Shown here: in pieces, positions 1 to 12,500 of the stretch
How positions within the stretch are numbered: position 1 is the stretch's first letter
Layout: the number at the start of each line of letters is the position of its first letter
Source: Squalus acanthias
Lineage: Eukaryota
Length of the DNA stretch: 64,000 bases
NCBI GenBank assembly: GCA_030390025.1
Contig: CM059438.1
Coordinates: 63,676,001 to 63,740,000 of the forward strand
Direction: 5' to 3'
Position numbers and translations under genes: made by a program
The notes under the pieces: model-generated
The model's database searches: none
The model's input: only the letters and a program-made list of their open reading frames with translations
Told to the model about the DNA's origin: nothing

Positions 1-2
1 TC

Positions 3-563
3 TTCCTCGGCCTGCGCACCGCGGTTAAAGAAGTCCTCCACGCATCGGCAGCAGAGCTCGTGTACGGTCAGCCGCTGCGCGTACCCGGCGAGTTCCTGCC
101 CACCGCCACGACACCCTGGTCAGCCGACCAGCAACGCCACAACTTCGCCTCACCGGCGCTGCAGTTCGCCCCGGTGCCCATTGCCCGACACGGCGAATCC
201 ACCTCACCCGTCCCACTAAGCCTGCACCAGGCACGGTTTGTTTTCGTCCGGCATGACGCCCACCGCAGACCCCTTCAACCCCTGTACGACGGGCCCTACA
301 AGGTGCTACAGGCTGGGGACAAATTTTTCACCCTGCAAGTGGGCGACAGGACCGAAAAAGTGTCGGTTGACCGACTCAAGCCAGCACACTCGGAGCCCGG
401 TGAGCAGGTCCCTGTAGCTCGTCCACCTCCACGTGGCCGACCTGCCCTCAAGCCGGTTCACCCGGCTGCTCCACGCCCGGCCATTCCACGTCCACCGGCG
501 TCCTACAAGAGCCGCTCCGGCCGGCCCATCAGACCGCCGCACCGTCTCGTCCACACCTCCTAA
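3..563 (+). CDS. Gypsy/Ty3 LTR retrotransposon pol, integrase C-terminal end (ORF open from before the window)
   Basis: Frame reads FLGLRTAVKEVLHASAAELVYGQPLR...VFVRHDAHRRPLQPLYDGPYKVL...VSVDRLKPAH (end of integrase core plus GPY/F motif); stop TAA at 561-563; followed by a polypurine tract. Confidence 0.9.
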   Translation, partial: FLGLRTAVKEVLHASAAELVYGQPLRVPGEFLPTATTPWSADQQRHNFASPALQFAPVPIARHGESTSPVPLSLHQARFVFVRHDAHRRPLQPLYDGPYKVLQAGDKFFTLQVGDRTEKVSVDRLKPAHSEPGEQVPVARPPPRGRPALKPVHPAAPRPAIPRPPASYKSRSGRPIRPPHRLVHTS

Positions 564-571
564 GCGGATTC

Positions 572-820
572 TGGGGGGAGCTGTGTGGTGGATCACCACC
601 TAAAACGGGCATAATCCACCCTTCGGTCTGTGGACAAATTTCCAGCACCTTCCCTTTAAGGCACCTTACCTTTAAGGAGAAGGGGGCGGGGCCTCAGGTT
701 TTACCCAGAGAATTCTGGGAGCTTTTCAGTCTACCATTTTGTACCATGCTGTGATTAAAAAGTCTCTTGTTTAACACAAATGGATTCAGCCTTAATTCGT
801 GTTTCGCGGCAGCCTCAACA
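572..820 (+). mobile_element. Polypurine tract and 3' LTR of the Gypsy element
   Basis: GGGGGGAG at 573-580 just after the pol stop; TG start at ~582/584; ATTAAA at 754-759; ends CTCAACA at 820, where the composition changes. Confidence 0.7.
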
Positions 821-1009
821 AGGTCATGATAAATGAATGTATTCTCACTGCAACGCCCTGTGCAGGGATTACCTCAGATAAGGCTCTTTGGCCCCACTCT
901 GTTCTTTGTCTTTATCAACATCATGAAAAGCGATGCTCTTATTGCTGATGCCACCACTGTCTGTATAATTATTTACTTCTCTTCTGATAGACAAAAAGGT
1001 AGAGACAGC

Positions 1010-1398
1010 ATTTGAGCACAAAAATCTATGCTGACGTTCCAGTGCAGTGCTGAGGGAATGCTGCACTGTCGGAGGTGCCGTCTTTCCGATGAGACATTAA
1101 ACCGAAGCCCCGTCTGCCCTCTTAGGCAAACATAAAAGATCCCGCGGCACAATTTTGAAGAAGAGCACGGGATATCCTGCCCAATATTTATCCATCAACC
1201 AACATTCACTAAAACAGATATCTGGCCATCATCATATTGCTGTTTGTGGGAGCTTGCTGTGTGCATATTGGCTGCTGCATTTCCCTACATTACAACAGTG
1301 ACTACACTTAAAATAGTGCTTCATTGACTGTAAAGCACTTTGGGATGTCCTGAGGTCATGAACAGGTGTTATATAAATACAAGTCTTTCTTTCTTTAT
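1010..1398 (+). mobile_element. 5'-truncated Deu-domain SINE (SacSINE1/DeuSINE-like)
   Basis: Core CAGTGCAGTGCTGAGGGAATGCTGCACTGTCGGAGGTGCCGTCTTTCCGATGAGAC; tail ...TATATAAATACAAGTCTTTCTTT; matches the copies at 35979 and 57826. Confidence 0.85.
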
Positions 1399-1547
1399 TG
1401 AACAATTGGCAGAGAGATAAAGTGCATTTCTTAGAAGAGTGAATCAAGAACTCTGCCGTAGGTTAACCTGGATATTCACCATCCATCTCTGCTCTCCTCA
1501 TTTACAAACATTCACTTTCTTTGCTTAGTAACTGCATGATAGGAACA

Positions 1548-1650
1548 TCTACATTACAACAGTGACTACACATCAAAAGTACTTCATTGGCTGCAAAGCA
1601 CTTAGGAACGGGACATGAATGACGCTCTATAAATGGAAGTCTTTCTTTAT
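1548..1650 (+). mobile_element. Isolated 3' tail of the same SINE (or of its partner LINE)
   Basis: CTACATTACAACAGTGACTACAC...CTATAAATGGAAGTCTTTCTTT duplicates 1284-1395. Confidence 0.7.
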
Positions 1651-1929
1651 AAGACCAAAAAGTACCCAATCTGCCCCCATCCTAGTGTATTATGGAACAA
1701 AGAAGTGATGAAGATAGCTGGAACTGTTAGTACGAAAGAGGATTATTCAGAAGAACTCAGCCCTCTTTTGCAGTGCTTTATAAAGCCTGTGAGCAATGGA
1801 AATTTGTAGCCCTGTTTGATGGGTTCCTGGGCTGAGCTGAAAGGCATACAGGTCTCAGCGAGGATGGTGTGCTCCAGGCAAACTCCAACATTAGAAAAAC
1901 GTGACTGTCAGTCCCCGACAAGATCACAG

Positions 1930-2036
1930 AACAAAATATAGAAAATACTGGAAACGAAAAAGCAGGTAAGTCGGCAGTAAGTTAGAAGAGTGAAAAGATA
2001 AGTCAACATTTTGGGTAGAACTCTTCCTCAGAACTC
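1930..2036 (-). mobile_element. Highly decayed Penelope-like element terminal-repeat remnant
   Basis: Loose colinear similarity to 55144-55284 (AGAAAATACTGGAAA...AGCAGGT...GTCAACATTTTGGGT...TCAGAACT). Confidence 0.4.
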
Positions 2037-2459
2037 ATAATCCCTACAGGAAGCTTGTCCAGAAGAGCATCTGGGCATTTGCTGACCTTTGACCCAGGCC
2101 ATCATGTTCACTTCATGATCAGAAGAGCTGTGCCACTTTCATTTCAATGTCCTGTGTCAGTTTAAAAAAAAATATGAAATCCCATTAGTTTACATGGCAA
2201 CATAGAGAACAACGCAAAAGCTGATCAAAGACTTCAAAAATACAGCCATAAACTGAGCTGACAGCTCACAAGCGACCCTGAAGACACAGAGTTACACTAA
2301 AAATGCCGTGGGGCAGGGGTTTGTTGCAACTTAAGCTGCAGGGAAACCCAACATTCAAACATTTTTATTGTAAGAGAATAAAGCTAAATTAAGTAAAAGC
2401 CTAATTTGCAGCAGTGGTGGATTTGGAAATTACCAAGTGTTGAAAACATGGATCATATT

Positions 2460-2876
2460 AATCATAGAATGTTACAGCACTGAAGGAGTCCATTTGGCCC
2501 ATCGTGCCTGTGCCGGCTGTTTGAAAGAGCGATCCAATTGGTCCCACTCTCCTGCCCTTTCCTCATATCCCTGCAGTTTTCTCCCCTTCAAGTATTTATC
2601 CAATCCCTTTCGAAAGTTACTGTTGAATCTGCTTCCACCGCCCTTTCAGGCAGCGCATTCCAGATCACAACAACTCCCTACGTAAAAAAAAATTCTCCTC
2701 ATCTCACCGCTGGTTCTTTTGCCAATTACCTTCAATCTGTGTCCTCTGGTTCCCGATCCTTCTATCACTGGAAACAGTTTCTCCCTATTTACTCGATCAA
2801 AACCCTTCATAATTTTGAACGCCTCTATTCAATCTCCCCTTAACCTTTTCTGCTTTAAGGAGAACAATCCCAGCTC
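2460..2876 (-). mobile_element. CR1 LINE 3' fragment (ORF2 C-terminus plus 3' UTR)
   Basis: Reverse complement is homologous to 55600-56017; the + strand shadow ORF ITFNLCPLVPDPS matches the shadow of 55575-55766. Confidence 0.85.
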
Positions 2877-3347
2877 AGAATCCCAGGATGAGATACATTT
2901 CTTTTGGCAGAGCTCCAGGGTTCATGCACGTTGAGAAAATGCTGAATCTCTTTGCTTTTCCTTTGACTAATTATGTGACATCCCCCAGCCACCACATCAA
3001 CACTTGCTTCAAAGCCTATCCACCTATGGGCTCCAGTAGCTCCCTCTTATACTGAGATTGAAGATTGTTTAGTTAATTGGTTGATAAATGAATTAACACC
3101 CAAAATATATTGAGTGCACCAACACTTGCCTTTGCAGTTATTAAAGATATTATACAAATATGTCTACATGGATACAGATAGCGACTGATGGACAAACAGT
3201 CCAAGTGAACCAAAAGACTTTCACTCAAACACTTGCTGCAAACCACAAAAAACCTGTTCTCAAATCACAATAAAGAAGTCTTACGCTGCAGAATCTCTTG
3301 CTCTGCTAAAACAGGAGCGATTAGATGCCAGGGGGAGATGAGGATAC

Positions 3348-3577
3348 CTTATTTTACTCAATGAGTTGTTATGATCTGGAATGCACTGCCTGAAAGGGTG
3401 GAGGAAGCAAATTCAATAAAAACTTTCAAAAGGGAATTGGATATATACTTGAAAAGGAAACATTGGCAGGGGTATGGGGAAAGAGCGGGGGAGTGGGACT
3501 AATTGGTAGCTCGTCCAGAGAGCTGTAACAGGCAGGACAGGCTGAAGGGCCTCTTTCTGTGCTGTATCAATCCATGA
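3348..3577 (+). mobile_element. Short CR1 LINE 3' end whose terminal unit seeds the adjacent satellite
   Basis: GATCTGGAATGCACTGCCTGAAAGGGTGG...GGGGAAAGAGCGGGGGAGTGGGACTAATTGG...GAAGGGCCTCTTTCTGTGCTGTATCA is colinear with the CR1 end at 55790-56017. Confidence 0.9.
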
Positions 3578-6500
3578 TTCTGTGCTGTATCATTCTAGGA
3601 TTCTGTGCTGTATCATTCTAGGATTCTGTGCTGTATCATTCTATGATTCTGTGCTGTATCATTCTATGATTCTCTGCTGTGTGATTCTATGATTCTGTGC
3701 TGTATCATTCTATGATTCTGTGCTGTATCATTCTATGATTCTGTGATGTATTATTCTCAGATTTTGTGCTGTATCATTCTATGATTCTGTGCTGTATCAT
3801 TCTATGATTCTGTGCTGTATCATTCTAGGATTCTGTGTTGTATCATTCTATGATTCTGTGCTGTATCATTCTATGATTCTGTGATGTATTATTCTCAGAT
3901 TTTGTGCTGTATCATTCTATGATTCTGTACTGTATCATTCTATGATTCTGTGCTGTGTGATTCTATGATTCTGTGCTGTGTCATTCTATGATTCTGTGCT
4001 GTGTGATTCTATGATTCTGTGCTGTATCATTCTATGATTCTGTGCTGTATCATTCTATGATTCTGTGCTGTATCATTCCATGATTCTGTGCTGTATCATT
4101 CTATGATTCTGTGCTGTATCATTCTATGATTCTGTGCTGTATCATTCCATGATTCTGTGCTGTATCATTCTATGATTCTGTGCTGTATCATTCTATGATT
4201 CTGTGCTGTATCATTCTATGATTCTGTTCTGTATCATTCCATGATTCTGTGCTGTATCATTCTATGATTCTGTGCTGTATCATTCCATGATACAGTGCTG
4301 TATCATTCTATGATTCTGTGCTGTGTGATTCTATGATTCTGTGCTGTGTGATTCTATGATTCTGTGCTGTAGCATTCCATGATTCTGTGCTGTATCATTC
4401 TATTATTCTGTGCTGTAACATTCTATGATTCTGTGCTGTATCATTCTATGATTCTGTGCAGTATCATTCTATGATTCTGTGTTGTATCATTCCATGATTC
4501 TGTGCTGTATCATTCTATGATTCTGTGTTGTGTCATTCTATGATTCTGTGCTGTGTGATTCAATGATTCTGTGCTGTATCCTTCTATAATTCTGTGCTGT
4601 ATCATTCTATTATTCTGTGCTGTAACATTCTATGATTCTGTGCTGTATCATTCTATGATTCTGTGCAGTATCATTCTATGATTCTGTGCTGTATCATTCT
4701 ATGATTCTGTGCTGTATCATTCTATGATTCTGTGCTGTGTGATTCAATGATTCTGTGCTGTATCATTCAATGATTCTGTGCTGTATCATTCTATGATTCT
4801 GTGTTGTATCATTCTATGATTCCGTGCTGTATCATTCCATGATTCTGTGCTGTGTCATTCTATGATTCTGTGCTGTGTGATTCTATGATTCTGTGCTGTA
4901 TCATTCTATGATTCCGTGCTGTATCATTCCATGATTCTGTGCTGTATCATTCTATGATTCTGTGCTGTATCATTCTATGATTCTGTGCTGTATCATTCTA
5001 TGATTCTGTGCTGTATCATTCTATGATTCTGTGCTGTATCATTCTATGATTCTGTGCTGTATCATTCTATGATTCTGTGCTGTATCATTCTATGATTCTG
5101 TGCTGTATCATTCTATGATTCTGTGCTGTATCATTCTATGATTCTGTGCTGTATCATTCTATGATTCTGTGCTGTATCATTCTATGATTCCGTGCTGTAT
5201 CATTCCATGATTCCGTGCTGTATCATTCTATGATTCCGTGCTGTATCATTCCATGATTCTGTGCTGTATCATTCTATGATTCTGTGCTGTGTGATTCTAT
5301 GATTCTGTGCTGTATCATTCTATGATTCTGTGCTGTATCATTCTATGATTCTGTGCTGTATCATTCTATGATTCTGTGCTGTATCATTCTAGGACTCTGT
5401 GCTGTATCATTCTATGATTCTGTGCTGTATCATTCTATGATTCTGTGCTGTATCATTCTATGATTCTGTGCTATGTGATTCTATAATTCTGTGCTTTATC
5501 ATTCTCTGATTCGGTGCTGTATCATTCTATGATTCTGTGTAGTATCATTCTATGATTCTGTGCTGTGTGATTCTATAATTCTGTGCTGTATCATTCTATG
5601 ATTCTGTGCTGTATCATTCTATGATTCTGTGTAGTATCATTCTATGATTCTGTGCTGTGTGATTCTATGATTCTGTGCTGTGTGATTCTATGATTCTGTG
5701 CTGTAGCATTCCATGATTCTGTGCTGTATCATTCTATTATTCTGTGCTGTATCATTCTATGATTCCGTGCTGTATCATTCCATGATTCTGTGCTGTATCA
5801 TTCTATGATTCTGTGCTGTATCATTCTATGATTCTGTGCTGTAACATTCTATGATTCTGTGCTGTATCATTCTATGATTCTGTGCAGTATCATTCTATGA
5901 TTCTGTGTTGTATCATTCCATGATTCTGTGCTGTATCATTCTATGATTCTGTGTTGTGTCATTGTATGATTCTGTGCTGTGTGATTCAATGATTCTGTGC
6001 TGTATCATTCTATAATTCTGTGCTGTATCATTCTATGATTCTGTGCTGTATCATTCTATGATTCTGTGCTGTGTGATTCAATGATTCTGTGCTGTATCAT
6101 TCAATGATTATGTGCTGTATCATTCTATGATTCTGTGTTGTATCATTCTATGATTCCGTGCTGTATCATTCCATGATTCTGTGCTGTATCATTCTATGAT
6201 TCTGTGCTGTGCGATTCTATGATTCTGTGCTGTATCATTCTATGATTCCGTGCTGTATCATTCCATGATTCTGTGCTGTATCATTCTATGATTCTGTGCT
6301 GTATCATTCTATGATTCTGTGCTGTATCATTCTATGATTCTGTGCTGTATCATTCTATGATTCTGTGCTGTATCATTCTATGATTCTGTGCTGTATCATT
6401 CTATGATTCTGTGCTGTATCATTCTATGATTCTGTGCTGTATCATTCTATGATTCTGTGCTGTATCATTCTATGATTCTGTGCTGTATCATTCTATGATT

Positions 6501-9500
6501 CTGTGCTGTATCATTCCATGATTCTGTGCTGTATCATTCTATCATTCCGTGCTTTATCATTCCATGATTCTGTGCTGTATCATTCTATGATTCTGTGCTG
6601 TGTGATTCTATGATTCTGTGCTGTATCATTCTATGATTCTGTGCTGTATCATTCTATGATTCTGTGCTGTATCATTCTATGATTCTGTGCTGTATCATTC
6701 TAGGATTCTGAGCTGTATCATTCTATGATTCTGAGCTGTATCATTCTAGGATTCTGAGCTGTATCATTCTATGATTCTGTGCTGTATCATTCTATGATTC
6801 TGTGCTGTATCATTCTATGATTCTGTGCTATGTGATTCTATAATTCTGTGCTTTATCATTCTCTGATTCGGTGCTGTATCATTCTATGATTCTGTGTAGT
6901 ATCATTCTATGATTCTGTGCTGTGTGATTCTATAATTCTGTGCTGTATCATTCTATGATTCTGTGCTGTATCATTCTATGATTCTGTGTAGTATCATTCT
7001 ATGATTCTGTGTTGTATCATTCTATGATTCTGTGCTGTATCATTCTATGATTCTGTGCTGTATCATTCTATGATTCTGTGCTGTATCATTCTATTATTCT
7101 GTGCAGTATCATTCTATGATTCTGTGCTGTATCATTCTCTGAAGCTGTACTGTATCATTCTATGATTCTGTGCTGTATCATTCTATGATTCTGTGCTGTA
7201 TCATTCTATGATTCTGTGCTGTATCATTCTATGATTCTGTGCTGTATCATTCTATGATTCTGTGCTGTATCATTCTATGATTCCGTGCTGTATCATTCCA
7301 TGATTCCGTGCTGTATCATTCTATGATTCCGTGCTGTATCATTCCATGATTCTGTGCTGTATCATTCTATGATTCTGTGCTGTGTGATTCTATGATTCTG
7401 TGCTGTATCATTCTATGATTCTGTGCTGTATCATTCTATGATTCTGTGCTGTATCATTCTATGATTCTGTGCTGTATCATTCTAGGATTCTGAGCTGTAT
7501 CATTCTATGATTCTGTGCTGTATCATTCTAGGATTCTGTGCTGTATCATTCTATGATTCTGTGCTGTATCATTCTATGATTCTGTGCTGTATCATTCTAT
7601 GATTCTGTGCTATGTGATTCTATAATTCTGTGCTTTATCATTCTCTGATTCGGTGCTGTATCATTCTATGATTCTGTGTAGTATCATTCTATGATTCTGT
7701 GCTGTGTGATTCTATAATTCTGTGCTGTATCATTCTATGATTCTGTGCTGTATCATTCTATGATTCTGTGTAGTATCATTCTATGATTCTGTGTTGTATC
7801 ATTCTATGATTCTGTGCTGTATCATTCTATGATTCTGTGCTGTATCATTCTATGATTCTGTGCTGTATCATTCTATTATTCTGTGCAGTATCATTCTATG
7901 ATTCTGTGCTGTATCATTCTCTGAAGCTGTACTGTATCATTCTATGATTCTGTGCTGTATCATTCTATGATTCTGTGCTGTATCATTCTATGATCTGTGC
8001 TGTATCATTCTATGATTCTGTGCTGTATCATTCTATTATTCTGTGCTTTATCATTCTATGATTCTGTGCTGTATCATTCTATGATTCCGTGCTGTAGCAT
8101 TCTATGATTCTGTGTTGTATCAATCTATGATTCTGTGCTGTGTGATTCTATGATTCTGTGCTGTATCATTCTATGATTCTGTGTTGTATCATTCTATGAT
8201 TCTGTGCTGTATCATTCTATGATTCTATGCTGTATCATTCTATGATTCTGTGCTGTATCATTCTATGATTCTGTGCTGTATCATTCTATGATTCTGTGCT
8301 GTATCATTCTATGATTCTGTGTTGTATCATTCTATGATTCTCTGTTGTATCATTCTATGATTCTGTGCTGTATCATTCTATGATTCTGTGTTGTATCATT
8401 CTATGATTCTGTGTTGTATCATTCTATGATTCTGTGTTGTATCATTCTATGATTCTATGCTGTATCATTCTATGATTCTGTGCTGTATCATTCCATGATT
8501 CTGTGCTGTATCATTCTATGATTCTGTGCTGTATCATTCTATGATTCTGTGCTGTATCATTCCTATGATTCTGTGCTGTATCATTCTATGATTCTGTGCT
8601 GTATCATTCTATGATTCTGTGCTGTATCATTCTATGATTCTGTTCTGTATCATTCCATGATTCTGTGCTGTATCATTCTATGATTCTGTGCTGTATCATT
8701 CCATGATACAGTGCTGTATCATTCTATGATTCTGTGCTGTGTGATTCTATGATTCTGTGCTGTGTGATTCTATGATTCTGTGCTGTAGCATTCCATGATT
8801 CTGTGCTGTATCATTCTATTATTCTGTGCTGTAACATTCTATGATTCTGTGCTGTATCATTCTATGATTCTGTGCAGTATCATTCTATGATTCTGTGTTG
8901 TATCATTCCATGATTCTGTGCTGTATCATTCTATGATTCTGTGTTGTGTCATTCTATGATTCTGTGCTGTGTGATTCAATGATTCTGTGCTGTATCCTTC
9001 TATAATTCTGTGCTGTATCATTCTATTATTCTGTGCTGTAACATTCTATGATTCTGTGCTGTATCATTCTATGATTCTGTGCAGTATCATTCTATGATTC
9101 TGTGCTGTATCATTCTATGATTCTGTGCTGTATCATTCTATGATTCTGTGCTGTGTGATTCAATGATTCTGTGCTGTATCATTCAATGATTCTGTGCTGT
9201 ATCATTCTATGATTCTGTGTTGTATCATTCTATGATTCCGTGCTGTATCATTCCATGATTCTGTGCTGTGTCATTCTATGATTCTGTGCTGTGTGATTCT
9301 ATGATTCTGTGCTGTATCATTCTATGATTCCGTGCTGTATCATTCCATGATTCTGTGCTGTATCATTCTATGATTCTGTGCTGTATCATTCTATGATTCT
9401 GTGCTGTATCATTCTATGATTCTGTGCTGTATCATTCTATGATTCTGTGCTGTATCATTCTATGATTCTGTGCTGTATCATTCTATGATTCTGTGCTGTA

Positions 9501-12500
9501 TCATTCTATGATTCTGTGCTGTATCATTCTATGATTCTGTGCTGTATCATTCTATGATTCTGTGCTGTATCATTCTATGATTCTGTGCTGTATCATTCTA
9601 TGATTCTGTGCTGTATCATTCTATGATTCCGTGCTGTATCATTCCATGATTCCGTGCTGTATCATTCTATGATTCCGTGCTGTATCATTCCATGATTCTG
9701 TGCTGTATCATTCTATGATTCTGTGCTGTGTGATTCTATGATTCTGTGCTGTATCATTCTATGATTCTGTGCTGTATCATTCTATGATTCTGTGCTGTAT
9801 CATTCTATGATTCTGTGCTGTATCATTCTAGGACTCTGTGCTGTATCATTCTATGATTCTGTGCTGTATCATTCTATGATTCTGTGCTGTATCATTCTAT
9901 GATTCTGTGCTATGTGATTCTATAATTCTGTGCTTTATCATTCTCTGATTCGGTGCTGTATCATTCTATGATTCTGTGTAGTATCATTCTATGATTCTGT
10001 GCTGTGTGATTCTATAATTCTGTGCTGTATCATTCTATGATTCTGTGCTGTATCATTCTATGATTCTGTGTAGTATCATTCTATGATTCTGTGCTGTGTG
10101 ATTCTATGATTCTGTGCTGTGTGATTCTATGATTCTGTGCTGTAGCATTCCATGATTCTGTGCTGTATCATTCTATTATTCTGTGCTGTATCATTCTATG
10201 ATTCCGTGCTGTATCATTCCATGATTCTGTGCTGTATCATTCTATGATTCTGTGCTGTATCATTCTATGATTCTGTGCTGTAACATTCTATGATTCTGTG
10301 CTGTATCATTCTATGATTCTGTGCAGTATCATTCTATGATTCTGTGTTGTATCATTCCATGATTCTGTGCTGTATCATTCTATGATTCTGTGTTGTGTCA
10401 TTGTATGATTCTGTGCTGTGTGATTCAATGATTCTGTGCTGTATCATTCTATAATTCTGTGCTGTATCATTCTATGATTCTGTGCTGTATCATTCTATGA
10501 TTCTGTGCTGTGTGATTCAATGATTCTGTGCTGTATCATTCAATGATTATGTGCTGTATCATTCTATGATTCTGTGTTGTATCATTCTATGATTCCGTGC
10601 TGTATCATTCCATGATTCTGTGCTGTATCATTCTATGATTCTGTGCTGTGCGATTCTATGATTCTGTGCTGTATCATTCTATGATTCCGTGCTGTATCAT
10701 TCCATGATTCTGTGCTGTATCATTCTATGATTCTGTGCTGTATCATTCTATGATTCTGTGCTGTATCATTCTATGATTCTGTGCTGTATCATTCTATGAT
10801 TCTGTGCTGTATCATTCTATGATTCTGTGCTGTATCATTCTATGATTCTGTGCTGTATCATTCTATGATTCTGTGCTGTATCATTCTATGATTCTGTGCT
10901 GTATCATTCTATGATTCTGTGCTGTATCATTCTATGATTCCGTGCTGTATCATTCCATGATTCCGTGCTGTATCATTCTATGATTCCGTGCTGTATCATT
11001 CCATGATTCTGTGCTGTATCATTCTATGATTCTGTGCTGTGTGATTCTATGATTCTGTGCTGTATCATTCTATGATTCTGTGCTGTATCATTCTATGATT
11101 CTGTGCTGTATCATTCTATGATTCTGTGCTGTATCATTCTAGGATTCTGAGCTGTATCATTCTATGATTCTGTGCTGTATCATTCTAGGACTCTGTGCTG
11201 TATCATTCTATGATTCTGTGCTGTATCATTCTATGATTCTGTGCTGTATCATTCTATGATTCTGTGCTATGTGATTCTATAATTCTGTGCTTTATCATTC
11301 TCTGATTCGGTGCTGTATCATTCTATGATTCTGTGTAGTATCATTCTATGATTCTGTGCTGTGTGATTCTATAATTCTGTGCTGTATCATTCTATGATTC
11401 TGTGCTGTATCATTCTATGATTCTGTGTAGTATCATTCTATGATTCTGTGTTGTATCATTCTATGATTCTGTGCTGTATCATTCTATGATTCTGTGCTGT
11501 ATCATTCTATGATTCTGTGCTGTATCATTCTATTATTCTGTGCAGTATCATTCTATGATTCTGTGCTGTATCATTCTCTGAAGCTGTACTGTATCATTCT
11601 ATGATTCTGTGCTGTATCATTCTATGATTCTGTGCTGTATCATTCTATGATTCTGTGCTGTATCATTCTATGATTCTGTGCTGTATCATTCTATGATTCT
11701 GTGCTGTATCATTCTATGATTCCGTGCTGTATCATTCCATGATTCCGTGCTGTATCATTCTATGATTCCGTGCTGTATCATTCCATGATTCTGTGCTGTA
11801 TCATTCTATGATTCTGTGCTGTGTGATTCTATGATTCTGTGCTGTATCATTCTATGATTCTGTGCTGTATCATTCTATGATTCTGTGCTGTATCATTCTA
11901 TGATTCTGTGCTGTATCATTCTAGGATTCTGAGCTGTATCATTCTATGATTCTGAGCTGTATCATTCTAGGATTCTGAGCTGTATCATTCTATGATTCTG
12001 TGCTGTATCATTCTATGATTCTGTGCTGTATCATTCTATGATTCTGTGCTATGTGATTCTATAATTCTGTGCTTTATCATTCTCTGATTCGGTGCTGTAT
12101 CATTCTATGATTCTGTGTAGTATCATTCTATGATTCTGTGCTGTGTGATTCTATAATTCTGTGCTGTATCATTCTATGATTCTGTGCTGTATCATTCTAT
12201 GATTCTGTGTAGTATCATTCTATGATTCTGTGTTGTATCATTCTATGATTCTGTGCTGTATCATTCTATGATTCTGTGCTGTATCATTCTATGATTCTGT
12301 GCTGTATCATTCTATTATTCTGTGCAGTATCATTCTATGATTCTGTGCTGTATCATTCTCTGAAGCTGTACTGTATCATTCTATGATTCTGTGCTGTATC
12401 ATTCTATGATTCTGTGCTGTATCATTCTATGATCTGTGCTGTATCATTCTATGATTCTGTGCTGTATCATTCTATTATTCTGTGCTTTATCATTCTATGA

